NCBI GenBank assembly: GCA_016699105.1 | Contig: CP064960.1 | Coordinates: forward strand, 683,696 to 747,695 | Source: a bacterium | GTDB taxonomy: Bacteria; Patescibacteriota; Saccharimonadia; UBA4664 | Direction: 5' to 3' | Length of the DNA: 64,000 bases | Shown: piece by piece, positions 1-8,536 of the stretch | How positions within the stretch are numbered: position 1 is the stretch's first letter | How the letters are laid out: each line of letters begins with the position of its first letter | The notes under the pieces: generated by a model | What the model saw: the letters and a program-made list of their open reading frames with translations, nothing else | Databases searched by the model: none | Told to the model about the DNA's origin: nothing | Translations under genes and position numbers: made by a program

Positions 1-136
1 CTACTTGGCTCGCCTGAATATTTTGGCCGACTTTGCCAGGCTGACCATCGACGGTGATTCGACCTTGACGAATAGCTAGGTCGGCAGCCCGGCGCGAGAG
101 ATCAGTCGCCGATGCTATGAAATGGTTAAGCCTCAT
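1..136 (-). CDS. Pseudouridine synthase (RluB/RsuA-type), N-terminal S4 domain only; gene continues past the left edge
   Basis: Minus-strand ORF starts with ATG at 134-136 and runs off the window. Reverse-complement translation MRLNHFIASATDLSRRAADLAIRQGRITVDGQ looks like the S4 RNA-binding N-terminus of RluB-family pseudouridine synthases. It overlaps the scpB stop, matching the usual scpA-scpB-rluB order. Confidence 0.5.
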   Translation of the reverse strand, partial: MRLNHFIASATDLSRRAADLAIRQGRITVDGQPGKVGQNIQASQV

Positions 137-638
137 GGTCGTCCTCGACTGGTGGTAAAGCTCTCATATCGGGGAGACCAGCAATCTCTAAGAACATCAT
201 GGTTGTTTGGTAGAGGGGGCTGTGCTCTGGTGTATCGGTGACGCCTACTTGTTCGATGAGGCCTTGACTAGTCAGATGTGCGACCATTATTTCGGAGGAT
301 ACTCCCCTGAGGCTATCGATGTCGTGCCGGCTTACTGGTTGCCGGTAGGCTACAATGGCCAATGTTTCCAAGGCTGCTGGTGTAAGATCAGTAGACGTAT
401 GGGACTGGAGCTGACTGACAATGGCTGCCGCGGCTGGGTCGGTGACGAGTCGGTATTGATCGTCATGAAAGTTTAACTGGAGTCCCGAGTTTTCGAGTCG
501 GTTTTTGATAGTTTGGAGATGTTGATCGAGCTCATCGAGCGACAAACCAGTGATTCGAGCGAGTTGTTTGGCGGTGATCGGCTGGGGGCTGGCAAACAGG
601 AGAGCCAGTATTTTGGCGGCATTATCGAGTTGCTTCAT
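126..638 (-). CDS. scpB: Segregation and condensation protein B (ScpB)
   Basis: 170-aa ORF with tandem winged-helix architecture. Motifs LSLDELDQHL and ALETLAIVAYRQPVSRHDID are typical of ScpB. It lies directly downstream of ScpA with a 4-bp overlap. Confidence 0.85.
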   Translation of the reverse strand: MKQLDNAAKILALLFASPQPITAKQLARITGLSLDELDQHLQTIKNRLENSGLQLNFHDDQYRLVTDPAAAAIVSQLQSHTSTDLTPAALETLAIVAYRQPVSRHDIDSLRGVSSEIMVAHLTSQGLIEQVGVTDTPEHSPLYQTTMMFLEIAGLPDMRALPPVEDDHEA

Positions 639-1330
639 GGGGCAAGCCTCAAAGTAATTGGACCAAACGATTCTGTTTGGATCACAATCAGTGTATTTTG
701 ACGGTTGAGCTCGAGAGCGGCGGCGAACGTAATAATATTGAGCACCCGCAGAGGTGCTTCAGGCCAATGGTCAGGTGGTTGAGTCAAAGGCAATTGCAAT
801 TCATGGATATTGAGACTTGTAAGCAAAGACCGATTAATGCTTTCCAGCGATATCGGTTGAGTGCGGCTCGCCTGAGGTAGTTGTGGTTGTCGTCTCAGTA
901 TCTGGACATAAGCTCGGCTGAGCCGTTTTAAGCTAAAACGCGACTGCTCACGAAGGCTATTGGTTAACCGTTGGTAAGGCCGATGATAGCAGCTACCGCG
1001 CGAAACCTGGGATTTTAGAGCTTTGACCTGCTTCTGGACGACTTGATATTTAGCAAGTTCCAGGCTAAGTAGGCGGATATCTTCGGTGGGTTCACTGGTA
1101 GATTGTGGCAGGAGTGACCGGCTTTTGAGTACGATCAGGCGAGCGCTCATAGTTATAAATGCAGCCATATAATCAAGTGCGATGGATTGTTTGCTCACGT
1201 ACGTTTGAAACTGGCTCGTGATTTCGGCAATTGGCAAATCTTGGATTGGGTAGCGATTTGACTCAACTAAATCTAATAGTGCCGCCATCGGTCCGCGGTA
1301 ATCTGATGTGTCGATGACGTATTCTGGCAT
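635..1330 (-). CDS. scpA: Segregation and condensation protein A (ScpA, kleisin)
   Basis: 231-aa ORF whose N-terminus (PMAALLDLVESNRYPIQDLPIAEITSQF) resembles ScpA. Paired with scpB downstream. Confidence 0.8.
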   Translation of the reverse strand: MPEYVIDTSDYRGPMAALLDLVESNRYPIQDLPIAEITSQFQTYVSKQSIALDYMAAFITMSARLIVLKSRSLLPQSTSEPTEDIRLLSLELAKYQVVQKQVKALKSQVSRGSCYHRPYQRLTNSLREQSRFSLKRLSRAYVQILRRQPQLPQASRTQPISLESINRSLLTSLNIHELQLPLTQPPDHWPEAPLRVLNIITFAAALELNRQNTLIVIQTESFGPITLRLAP

Positions 1331-1333
1331 CGC

Positions 1334-1885
1334 CTATTGGGCAGAAGGCTCAGCTGGCTGGGGCGCAGCGGTGGGTGCAGGAGTCGGTGCAACTGGCGCT
1401 GGTGCAGCTGCTGGTGTAATCACAGGTGCTTCTGGTGTTGCTGATAGCGACGGAGCTGCCGTTACAGCGGTGGGAGCTGCTGCTGGTGCTGCTGGAGTAG
1501 TAGCTGGGGTGGCGGCTGTGCCACCAAGCTGACTCTTGACCGCATTGACAACGTCTTCCAAGGTAACTTGCGACTTGATCAAATACTTGTTGGCGCCAAG
1601 AGCTTCGCCGCGTTGGCGATCTGAATCTTGGCTGAGCGCCGTCATCATAATAACTTTGGTGGTTTTGGTTTCCGGAGTCGAACGCAAAATGTCGAGTACA
1701 TCAAAACCGGAAATTTTGGGCATCATCACATCGAGGACGATGAGATCAGGTTTCTCGCGAACAGCCGTAGCTAGCGCCTCTTCGCCATCTGAAGCGGTAA
1801 TTACCTGGTATGATTCTGCAGCGAACCGCGCTGAGTAAATTTCGCGCAAGTTGACGTCATCTTCGACTAATAAAATCTTTGCCAT
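1334..1885 (-). CDS. Response regulator, receiver domain only, with a ~60-aa Pro/Ala/Thr-rich C-terminal tail
   Basis: CheY-like receiver: MAKILLVEDD, phospho-acceptor Asp in LIVLDVMMP, T and K in MMTALSQ ... KYLIKS. There is no DNA-binding output. The C-terminus is low complexity (TPATTPAAPAAAPTAVTAAPS...). Confidence 0.85.
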   Translation of the reverse strand: MAKILLVEDDVNLREIYSARFAAESYQVITASDGEEALATAVREKPDLIVLDVMMPKISGFDVLDILRSTPETKTTKVIMMTALSQDSDRQRGEALGANKYLIKSQVTLEDVVNAVKSQLGGTAATPATTPAAPAAAPTAVTAAPSLSATPEAPVITPAAAPAPVAPTPAPTAAPQPAEPSAQ

Positions 1886-1944
1886 AATACCCTTACTTTA
1901 TCTTAACCGCTTTACACTTGGCAAGGCTTTCTGCACATTCTGCT

Positions 1945-3777
1945 TTAATTGACATGCCGATGAGCCGGTTCCGCTGTTGTTACTTCTTGGGGTACAGCTG
2001 TCAGGATAGGGGCTACGGATGGTCCGGCGCCTGCGGTGGTGGTTGGTGGGGCTGGTGCGGGGGCTGGCGGTCGGTTTGGTATCTGCGGATTACTGGGGGC
2101 GAGCGAGGCTTGCATCTGTTCGAGCTCGGCTTGGCTGAGTCTTGGCAAAGTAAATTTAAACGTGCTGCCTTCGCCCGGCTTCGATTCGATCCATATTCGC
2201 CCATTAAAAGCCTCAACCACGCGTCGACAGAGATACAATCCTAAACCGGTACCGCCAATGGTGCGAGTGGCCGTACTGTCAACCCGATAGAATTTTTGAA
2301 AGAGATGGGGAATATCTTCAGGGGCAATGCCGATGCCGCTATCGGTGACAGCGACTGTTACTTCGGTATCATTACCGTCCAGGGTGAGCTTGACTCCCCC
2401 TTCCGGCGTAAATTTGAAGGCATTTTCAATCAGGTTCATAACAACTTCGCGTAAGCGTTCACCATTGACGGCTACATAATATAGGGGCGCGATAGCCTTA
2501 CCGATTGCGGTACTGTTCTGATATACCAGTGTCAAATGCTTAGTTTGGGCGGCAAATTGCATATCATTGTTAACGTCACCAAGTAATTTGTCGATGTTGA
2601 CAGGTTCAATTTTGGCGGTAAGTTGACCTTCTTCGGCTTTGGTTACACTTAAAAGATCGCGGAACAATTCACCTAAGTGGGCTATGGTCTGATGAGCCTT
2701 ATCGAGATAGTTTTTGGCACGGTCATCAATGGTAGCCACGTTGGGATTCATAGCTAAGGCAATATAGCCCTCGATGGCAGCGACGGGAGTTCGCATTTCG
2801 TGACTGGCGGTTGATACGAACTCGTCCTTTTGACGTTCAACTTCTTTCTCATTGGAGATATCACGAAACAGCGCAATGGCACCTTGAGCTTGGCCACCGG
2901 ACGTAAATAATGGTGACACTGACAAGTTCAGTTGCAGTTTGCGCCCATTACGGCTTGTGGTCTGGAGATCGCGGCGCATGACGCTCTCGTGCTTATTCCA
3001 GGCGTCATGGAAGGGGTCGGCAGTTGCAGCTAAAGCCGTTCCGTCAGCGGTAACTAATTTGAGGACGGCTGTGTAATCAAGACCCAGAGTGCTGGTTTGG
3101 TCCCAGCCAGTGATTTGCTCGGCGGCTTTGTTGAAAAGTTGGATACGACCGTTGGCGTCAATTGTCATCAAACCTTCGCTAATGCCGGAAATAATGGTAT
3201 CGGCTTTGATTTGCTCTGACGATAACTGACCGGCTACATGCTGGAGCTGGGCTTTGGTCGTACTGGTGGTCTGACGAGCATGACTATTGATCCACAATGA
3301 CAAGACGCCAGCGACCATCGTAATAACTAGCTGCACCACCCGGTCTGTCAGCTCGGGGTTGGGATACCCTTCTTGGACTATAGTAATCACATAATACATG
3401 AGCGTGATACCGAGAACTCCGGCGATTTGAGCTCGACCAAAGGTTCCGACCGCTACTATCACGAGCAACCACAAAGCATAAAATGGTGAGTCGAGACCGC
3501 CTGTACCAATTACCATCATCAATATACTGGTACTTGAAACAATAGTGAGAACTAGTGTGGAGAGGGCTAAATGTCGGTCGGCGGTCAACTGAAAAATGGT
3601 TAGATAAAATACTAAACTGACGGCTCCCAGTACTGCTGTCAATAATGTCGGACTGCCCTGGGGTAGCCATGACGGTCCAATACTGTGGAGTCCAAAAAAG
3701 ACCACAGCAATAATTCCTCCTGCCATAGCTTGGGTAAAGGCAAGTATTCGAAAATTTCTGACCTGAGATTCCTGCAT
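1945..3777 (-). CDS. Sensor histidine kinase (multi-TM sensor, PAS, HisKA, HATPase_c) with a Pro-rich C-terminal tail
   Basis: N-terminus has several hydrophobic helices. PAS-like core (GLMTIDANGRIQLFNKAAEQITGW). H-box FVSTASHEMRTPVAAIEGY. G-boxes DSGIGIAPED and GGTGLGL. Tail PNRPPAPAPAPPTTTAGAGPS. Confidence 0.85.
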   Translation of the reverse strand: MQESQVRNFRILAFTQAMAGGIIAVVFFGLHSIGPSWLPQGSPTLLTAVLGAVSLVFYLTIFQLTADRHLALSTLVLTIVSSTSILMMVIGTGGLDSPFYALWLLVIVAVGTFGRAQIAGVLGITLMYYVITIVQEGYPNPELTDRVVQLVITMVAGVLSLWINSHARQTTSTTKAQLQHVAGQLSSEQIKADTIISGISEGLMTIDANGRIQLFNKAAEQITGWDQTSTLGLDYTAVLKLVTADGTALAATADPFHDAWNKHESVMRRDLQTTSRNGRKLQLNLSVSPLFTSGGQAQGAIALFRDISNEKEVERQKDEFVSTASHEMRTPVAAIEGYIALAMNPNVATIDDRAKNYLDKAHQTIAHLGELFRDLLSVTKAEEGQLTAKIEPVNIDKLLGDVNNDMQFAAQTKHLTLVYQNSTAIGKAIAPLYYVAVNGERLREVVMNLIENAFKFTPEGGVKLTLDGNDTEVTVAVTDSGIGIAPEDIPHLFQKFYRVDSTATRTIGGTGLGLYLCRRVVEAFNGRIWIESKPGEGSTFKFTLPRLSQAELEQMQASLAPSNPQIPNRPPAPAPAPPTTTAGAGPSVAPILTAVPQEVTTAEPAHRHVN

Positions 3778-3828
3778 AGGCGTAAGCTAATTATGCTGGT
3801 TATGCTTGCTGGCCGCAAGTTTGGTCTA

Positions 3829-4770
3829 TTACATCCAGTGGTTGCGCCGAAATGCCCATCCGGCTCCAAACATACCGACGACAATTGTGCCGATAATGGC
3901 GACAAACGCCCACGATCTATCCATATATGGCAATGGGATATTCATGCCATACAGGCTCGATATAATCATGGGAATGGTCATAAAGATGGTAATGAGTGTG
4001 AGCCGGCGGAACGTACGGTTTAGGTTTCCGGCTAGAATCGTGGAGTAGGCTTCGCGGATATTGACGATATTATTGAGTCGGGATTTGGTGAGCTCGATAA
4101 GCTCAGTGATCCCGAGTGACAAGTCTTCGATGAGGTCTTCATCTTCTTCGTACAACCTGAAAAAACGGCCAGTCAACAAGCTGCGGAAAATGGCGCCGCT
4201 CGGAACAAGTCCGGAGAGGAAGTCGTTTAGTGTTTCTTCAATATCGATGAAATTGATGAGATCTTGGTTGGAAATATTTTCTTTGCGCAGTTCGCGGCGA
4301 AATCCTAGTATGGTTTTGCTTAAATAGTTGAGATTCGTTGTATAACTCATCTGCACCTCAGCCAGTATCTGCAGGAGGAGCTTGGTTTTTTGAGTAGTAA
4401 CAATCGGAGTGCGGCCATCGATCAGATTGCTGAGCCGGCCAAATTTGCGTAGTGATACGGTGATGATTTGAGCGTCGCCGACCACGATCAGAAGTGGTGA
4501 GGTGAAAATCCGCCCATCATCACCATAGGCATAACGGGTATAGAGATAAATGGCGCCATCTTCGGTCTCAACGCGCGGTGATTCATTAGGATCGGTGCCG
4601 TCAGTTAAGAGGCCGAGATCGAGTTGATAGGTGGTCGCCAGTTCTGCCAGTTCAGTCGGTGTAGGGTTGGTGGCATTGACCCAACTACCCGCTTTGGGGT
4701 GTTCAAGGGTCGTCAGTTTGCCGGATCGGATGTGGCGATAATACGTAGTGATCATAGCTGAGTTGACCAT
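3829..4770 (-). CDS. corA: CorA-family Mg2+/Co2+ transporter
   Basis: 313-aa ORF with two C-terminal TM helices and the GMN signature (SSLYGMNIPLPYMD). Confidence 0.85.
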   Translation of the reverse strand: MVNSAMITTYYRHIRSGKLTTLEHPKAGSWVNATNPTPTELAELATTYQLDLGLLTDGTDPNESPRVETEDGAIYLYTRYAYGDDGRIFTSPLLIVVGDAQIITVSLRKFGRLSNLIDGRTPIVTTQKTKLLLQILAEVQMSYTTNLNYLSKTILGFRRELRKENISNQDLINFIDIEETLNDFLSGLVPSGAIFRSLLTGRFFRLYEEDEDLIEDLSLGITELIELTKSRLNNIVNIREAYSTILAGNLNRTFRRLTLITIFMTIPMIISSLYGMNIPLPYMDRSWAFVAIIGTIVVGMFGAGWAFRRNHWM

Positions 4771-4827
4771 GACGACCCCGCGGCGGGGCAGCCGGTTACA
4801 TAAGTGTTAGCATTATGATAGCAGATT

Positions 4828-4855
4828 TTGACAAAAACGTCAATTATGCTATGAT
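4828..4855 (+). promoter_or_regulatory. Sigma70-like promoter for tRNA-Glu (TTGACA, 16-nt spacer, TATGAT)
   Basis: TTGACA at 4828-4833 and TATGAT at 4850-4855, about 18 nt upstream of the tRNA 5' end. Confidence 0.45.
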
Positions 4856-4873
4856 CATACCGTATTTTTATGT

Positions 4874-4950
4874 GGTCCCGTCGTCTAGTGGCCTAGGACA
4901 TCCCCCTCTCACGGGGAAGATCAGGGGTTCGAATCCCCTCGGGACTACCA
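4874..4950 (+). tRNA. tRNA-Glu (anticodon CUC)
   Basis: Hand-folded cloverleaf. Acceptor GGTCCCG/CGGGACT with one G-U pair. Anticodon stem TCCCC/GGGGA with loop CTCTCAC, so CUC. T-arm AGGGG TTCGAAT CCCCT. Discriminator A and an encoded CCA. Overall close to canonical bacterial tRNA-Glu. Confidence 0.85.
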
Positions 4951-4957
4951 GGAATTA

Positions 4958-5431
4958 TTGTATTTAAAATCTAGTTTTGATATAAGTTCGATCGCACTCT
5001 GTAGTACTTTATTGCGACATTTTCGCAATTTTTGCCAATGGTACAATATGGTTATGGTACGCAAGAATAGCAAGCTATTGGCGATAGTGTCGGCCATTTT
5101 TATACTTATAGCAGCATTTGCTCTAATGCTTGCAACCCGTGTTTCTTTCCCAAGCGCAGAAGCGCCCGTAAATGAACGGTGCCTTATTGAAGACTGCGCA
5201 TCTGGAGTCAGGCAAGCAGGTTTTCCATTTCGTGCCTATGAGCTTACTCGTTACCAGGGATTAAATTGTGGCGAAGGTAGTGATAGTGCAAAAAGTCAGT
5301 GTAATACCGAGGATCTAAAGAATCTATATCTGCTTCTTTTGAACTATCTGGTATATAGTGCCGTTTTGGCGGGATTATTTCTGGCCGTACGCAAATTTAG
5401 ATCTAATGCACGAGGTGGTTCTAGCGTTTGA
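4958..5431 (+). CDS. Small Cys-containing membrane protein (hypothetical); the likely true start is ATG at 5048
   Basis: ORF is bracketed by the 37-bp repeats. From MVMVRKNSKLLAIVSAIFILIAAFALML it has an N-terminal TM helix, a ~60-aa segment with four Cys, and a C-terminal TM helix (LVYSAVLAGLFLAV). Lower GC than its neighbours by eye. No recognisable family. Confidence 0.4.
   Translation: MYLKSSFDISSIALCSTLLRHFRNFCQWYNMVMVRKNSKLLAIVSAIFILIAAFALMLATRVSFPSAEAPVNERCLIEDCASGVRQAGFPFRAYELTRYQGLNCGEGSDSAKSQCNTEDLKNLYLLLLNYLVYSAVLAGLFLAVRKFRSNARGGSSV
5000..5036. repeat. 37-bp direct repeat copy 1, containing palindrome TTGCGA-N5-TCGCAA
   Basis: tgtagtactttattgcgacattttcgcaatttttgcc. 35/37 identical to the copy at 5464-5500. 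Internal inverted repeat TTGCGAcatttTCGCAA. Confidence 0.6.
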
Positions 5432-5463
5432 GAATGGAGAGGATTTTGTGTTTGATTGCTCAA

Positions 5464-5500
5464 TGTAGTACTTTTTTGCGACTTTTTCGCAATTTTTGCC
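5464..5500. repeat. 37-bp direct repeat copy 2
   Basis: tgtagtacttttttgcgactttttcgcaatttttgcc, 464 bp downstream of copy 1. It lies in the convergent gap between the small ORF and the acyltransferase 3' end. Confidence 0.6.
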
Positions 5501-5529
5501 TATAGATAAAAAACAGTTATCGGAAATTG

Positions 5530-6732
5530 CTATGTATTTATTTCGTGTTTATATGAAAGCGCATACGACTTACTGCGAGCGAAAACTCTGCGGTATAACC
5601 AACCAGATAACTTTATTGCAGGTTCGTCGATGAGCCGAGTGAAGAGGCAGGCCACAGCAAAGGTGATCGCCATCCCCACTCCCAGATTGGTTAGTATGAT
5701 GAGCGGGTACGGCCAACCGGCCAGATGCATAGATACAAAAAAGTAGCTGGAATAGCTGCCGAGTATTAAAAAATGCGTTAAATAGAGACTAAATGAGATA
5801 TGGCCCAAGAAACGTGACGGCCGGCTGACGAGGAGCTTTTGCAGTAGAGGGCTGAGCAAGACTGCCAGCATCAGCAATGTGGCGCCCAGCGTGAGGATAA
5901 CGATTTTGAGTTTATCGAGGCTTGGCTGGTACCAATCGGCGAACATCTGAAATATGGTATGGTCGAGCGCGCCATTGGGCATTGACCCTAGAATTATACC
6001 GGCACCTAGCAGCGGTAACCAAACTACCTGACGTAGGCGCTGAGGTAGACTCACTATCCAGCCCTTGGTCAGAATATCGGCCATGACCAAACCGATAATA
6101 AAACCAAAGTAGTAGGTCTTCCAGAGCCAGATACTGGCGATTATATAGACGATCCAGCGCTGGGGTAACCGTCCAAAGAGTGCCAATATGGTATAGACCA
6201 AAAATGACCCGAAAAGTTCGACTTGGAGTGTCCACAAAACGGGATTAAGGGTATCGGGACCTGATGGTTGCGTTAATGAATAATAAAATCCATATTGGAA
6301 CATGTGCCAGAGGCCGATGTCAAAATGCCAGAATTGTGACCACCAACCACTACCGCTAATATCCGCTGCGGCTTGGTTGTGGAAGCTGCCTGTTTGTAAG
6401 AGAATGTAGGCCAAAAGTACTGACATTCCCGCAGGAAGGGCCAACCGGAAATAACGTTTGACAGCACTGCGCTGGACTACCACTACGTCGCGTCGTCGAA
6501 AGAACGACATGCTCAAGACGATGCCACTCAAAATGAAGAATATACAGACGGCAAAACTACCATTGACTAGTACATACCACGGTGTGTCATGAAGAGTCGC
6601 TTCAAAGCCATAATGTTGGAGACCTTTCCGGTCGATAGCATAGGGTAGCCACGCAAAACAATAATGCCCGAATACTACTATTAGGGCAGCCCAACCGCGC
6701 AATCCATCTAAATAGGCTAATTTAATACGCAC
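5530..6732 (-). CDS. Acyltransferase family 3 (OafA/YrhL-like O-acyltransferase), integral membrane
   Basis: 400 aa, about 10 TM helices. N-terminal signature AYLDGLRGWAALIVVFGHY is typical of the acyltransferase_3 family. Confidence 0.8.
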   Translation of the reverse strand: MRIKLAYLDGLRGWAALIVVFGHYCFAWLPYAIDRKGLQHYGFEATLHDTPWYVLVNGSFAVCIFFILSGIVLSMSFFRRRDVVVVQRSAVKRYFRLALPAGMSVLLAYILLQTGSFHNQAAADISGSGWWSQFWHFDIGLWHMFQYGFYYSLTQPSGPDTLNPVLWTLQVELFGSFLVYTILALFGRLPQRWIVYIIASIWLWKTYYFGFIIGLVMADILTKGWIVSLPQRLRQVVWLPLLGAGIILGSMPNGALDHTIFQMFADWYQPSLDKLKIVILTLGATLLMLAVLLSPLLQKLLVSRPSRFLGHISFSLYLTHFLILGSYSSYFFVSMHLAGWPYPLIILTNLGVGMAITFAVACLFTRLIDEPAIKLSGWLYRRVFARSKSYALSYKHEINT

Positions 6733-6757
6733 TCCCCCTTCGCGCCTAGTATGTTGA

Positions 6758-8536
6758 TCAGTAAACGACGACGGCCTGGTTGCTCACACCCGGGACTGCA
6801 TTCATATTGGCGGATACCTGAGCGGCTGTCCAGTATCTGGTAGTCGGTCCGATGGTGTCGTTCATCCAAAAGCCAATCGGATTATCGGCACTACCCTGTA
6901 CGCCCCAAATGACCCGGCCGTGCTGCGGATACATAGTTTTGACGACATAACCGCCGGGAGTATTCCAGGAATCGGCGCGGGGTGCGGCGTCACTGTAACC
7001 CCAAAACAATACCGGTCGACCAGCATGAATTTGGGCAGCTATCCACTGCATCGACACATTGAAGTGAGCTTCGGTGTTGCGGCCAAATTGCCGACCGACA
7101 CTGGCGATCGGTCCGGCGTGGACACCATAGCCGGTGGTGCCGGCCCGGCCATTAGAGAAACCAACAAACATCTTGTTGGGATCGTCCCAGTTGTTGGCAG
7201 CTTGGTCACGGTTGCGGGGGTTATAACCAAGCTTCATGAGGATTTCCCAGTCTGACGTACTGATCCCTCGATAAGCCAGCAATGCATGGAGTCCGGATAT
7301 TTCACAACCCATACCATAATCAGCATTACGTAGCGGCACGGTAAGTTTGACGATTTGGGGTACTGTCGTAAAACTGGTGCGGAAGGTGCCGGTGCTATTG
7401 AGTCCCCAAACTGGTTTAACTCCAGGAATCATAGTGGCGGTATATCTAGTTTGGTGATTTAAATTGGCATTTGGCTTCCACGTCATCGTATTGCCAGACC
7501 AGCTAAAATTGCCATTGGCATTCGGTGAGATCGCAAAGTGTGATTCAGCTGATGCGCGGTCAACTTCTTGATCGAACGACACCGTGACATTTGTTGACAC
7601 AGCCGCATCTCCCGAACTTGGTCCGAGACTGGCTGTGACGGCGCCATTGGTGACAAACTGCAGATTTTGGTCAGCGGCAGTGACCCCACCAGCTTGGCTT
7701 GTGAGCCCGGCTTTGAGTGTATATTTGTAGGTAGTACCAGGTTCAATTTTGGACGGAGTAAATTTGTAAACCGTGTCACTCGTCCAGCTTCCGGAACCTG
7801 GTACCTGAAAGACAACTTTGTCGGTGGCTTTGGCCATTGGTTGATCAAAGGTGATTTCGATTGCTTCACCGGGCGTAACATGATCAGCCGGTTTGGCCGA
7901 CACCAGTTTGGGCGCCGTGACCGTAGTAAAAGTGACACTGGCAACGACTTGGCGTGTAGGATCGGCAATGGCAGTATCTTTGATTGTAAAGGTGTAACTG
8001 GTTCCCTGCTGCAAGGCGATGATTGGTGTCCAGGTAAACGTCTGGTCATCGTTTGAATTGCGCTGGAGTGGCACATTGGGGAGTATCGAGCCGCTTAATT
8101 CGCGGCTACCGCGGTTGGTCGACTTGAGCACCAGTGTGAGCTCGGCATTGGTGCGCACATTGGTAGATTTGTTGGTAGGGCTAATGCTGGAAACATCAGC
8201 GGCTGCTTGCGTCTGAAAAGACTTAGTGATGTCTGGCAACCGACTACCGGTAATGGCTCGCTTCATATTGGTAAGCGTGACGGTATAATCTTGGCTGGCT
8301 TCTAATCTCGTCTTAGGTTTGAACTCGATGCGGGTCGTACCGAATACACCCTTGGTCTGAACCCAATCACCTGCCACTTCTGGCGAGATTTTCGGGGTTA
8401 GGGTCGGAGCTATTTGCTGGCTGAAATCAACGATAACTGGCCCGCTTGGCGCTACCGTTTGTTCATCAGCTACCGTGGTCGCTAGACTGCGTTGAGTCTG
8501 GAAATAGCCCATGCCGCCCCGAAGCAATAGCAGCAA
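6758..8536 (-). CDS. Surface protein with tandem Ig-like (SbsA/Big-type) domains and a C-terminal C39-like papain-fold peptidase domain
   Basis: 592 aa. The N-terminal two thirds are Thr/Ser/Val-rich beta-sandwich repeats. The C-terminus carries a GCE catalytic-Cys motif (ADYGMGCEISGLHALLAYRGI), as in Peptidase_C39_2 domains, with a downstream His candidate (QHGRVIWGV). No clear signal peptide at the called start. Confidence 0.6.
   Translation of the reverse strand: MLLLLRGGMGYFQTQRSLATTVADEQTVAPSGPVIVDFSQQIAPTLTPKISPEVAGDWVQTKGVFGTTRIEFKPKTRLEASQDYTVTLTNMKRAITGSRLPDITKSFQTQAAADVSSISPTNKSTNVRTNAELTLVLKSTNRGSRELSGSILPNVPLQRNSNDDQTFTWTPIIALQQGTSYTFTIKDTAIADPTRQVVASVTFTTVTAPKLVSAKPADHVTPGEAIEITFDQPMAKATDKVVFQVPGSGSWTSDTVYKFTPSKIEPGTTYKYTLKAGLTSQAGGVTAADQNLQFVTNGAVTASLGPSSGDAAVSTNVTVSFDQEVDRASAESHFAISPNANGNFSWSGNTMTWKPNANLNHQTRYTATMIPGVKPVWGLNSTGTFRTSFTTVPQIVKLTVPLRNADYGMGCEISGLHALLAYRGISTSDWEILMKLGYNPRNRDQAANNWDDPNKMFVGFSNGRAGTTGYGVHAGPIASVGRQFGRNTEAHFNVSMQWIAAQIHAGRPVLFWGYSDAAPRADSWNTPGGYVVKTMYPQHGRVIWGVQGSADNPIGFWMNDTIGPTTRYWTAAQVSANMNAVPGVSNQAVVVY

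Noticed and set aside
207-880. Three short plus-strand ORFs (207..476, 513..701, 677..880)
   Set aside because: They are nested antisense within scpB/scpA, which have clear homology. They have no Shine-Dalgarno and no motifs.
1308-1532. 74-aa Ala/Gly-rich plus-strand ORF
   Set aside because: It is exactly antisense to the Pro/Ala/Thr-rich tail of the response regulator. It is a low-complexity mirror artefact.
4951-5529. CRISPR array
   Set aside because: The 37-bp repeat at 5000/5464 has only two copies, 464-bp spacing, and a coding 'spacer'. No cas genes occur anywhere in the window.
6920-8216. Several 60-200-aa ORFs on both strands inside the Ig/C39 gene (6920..7255, 7039..7230, 7483..8076, 7667..8056, 8019..8216)
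   Set aside because: These are alternative frames of a long, Thr/Ser/Val-rich, codon-biased gene. They are spurious.
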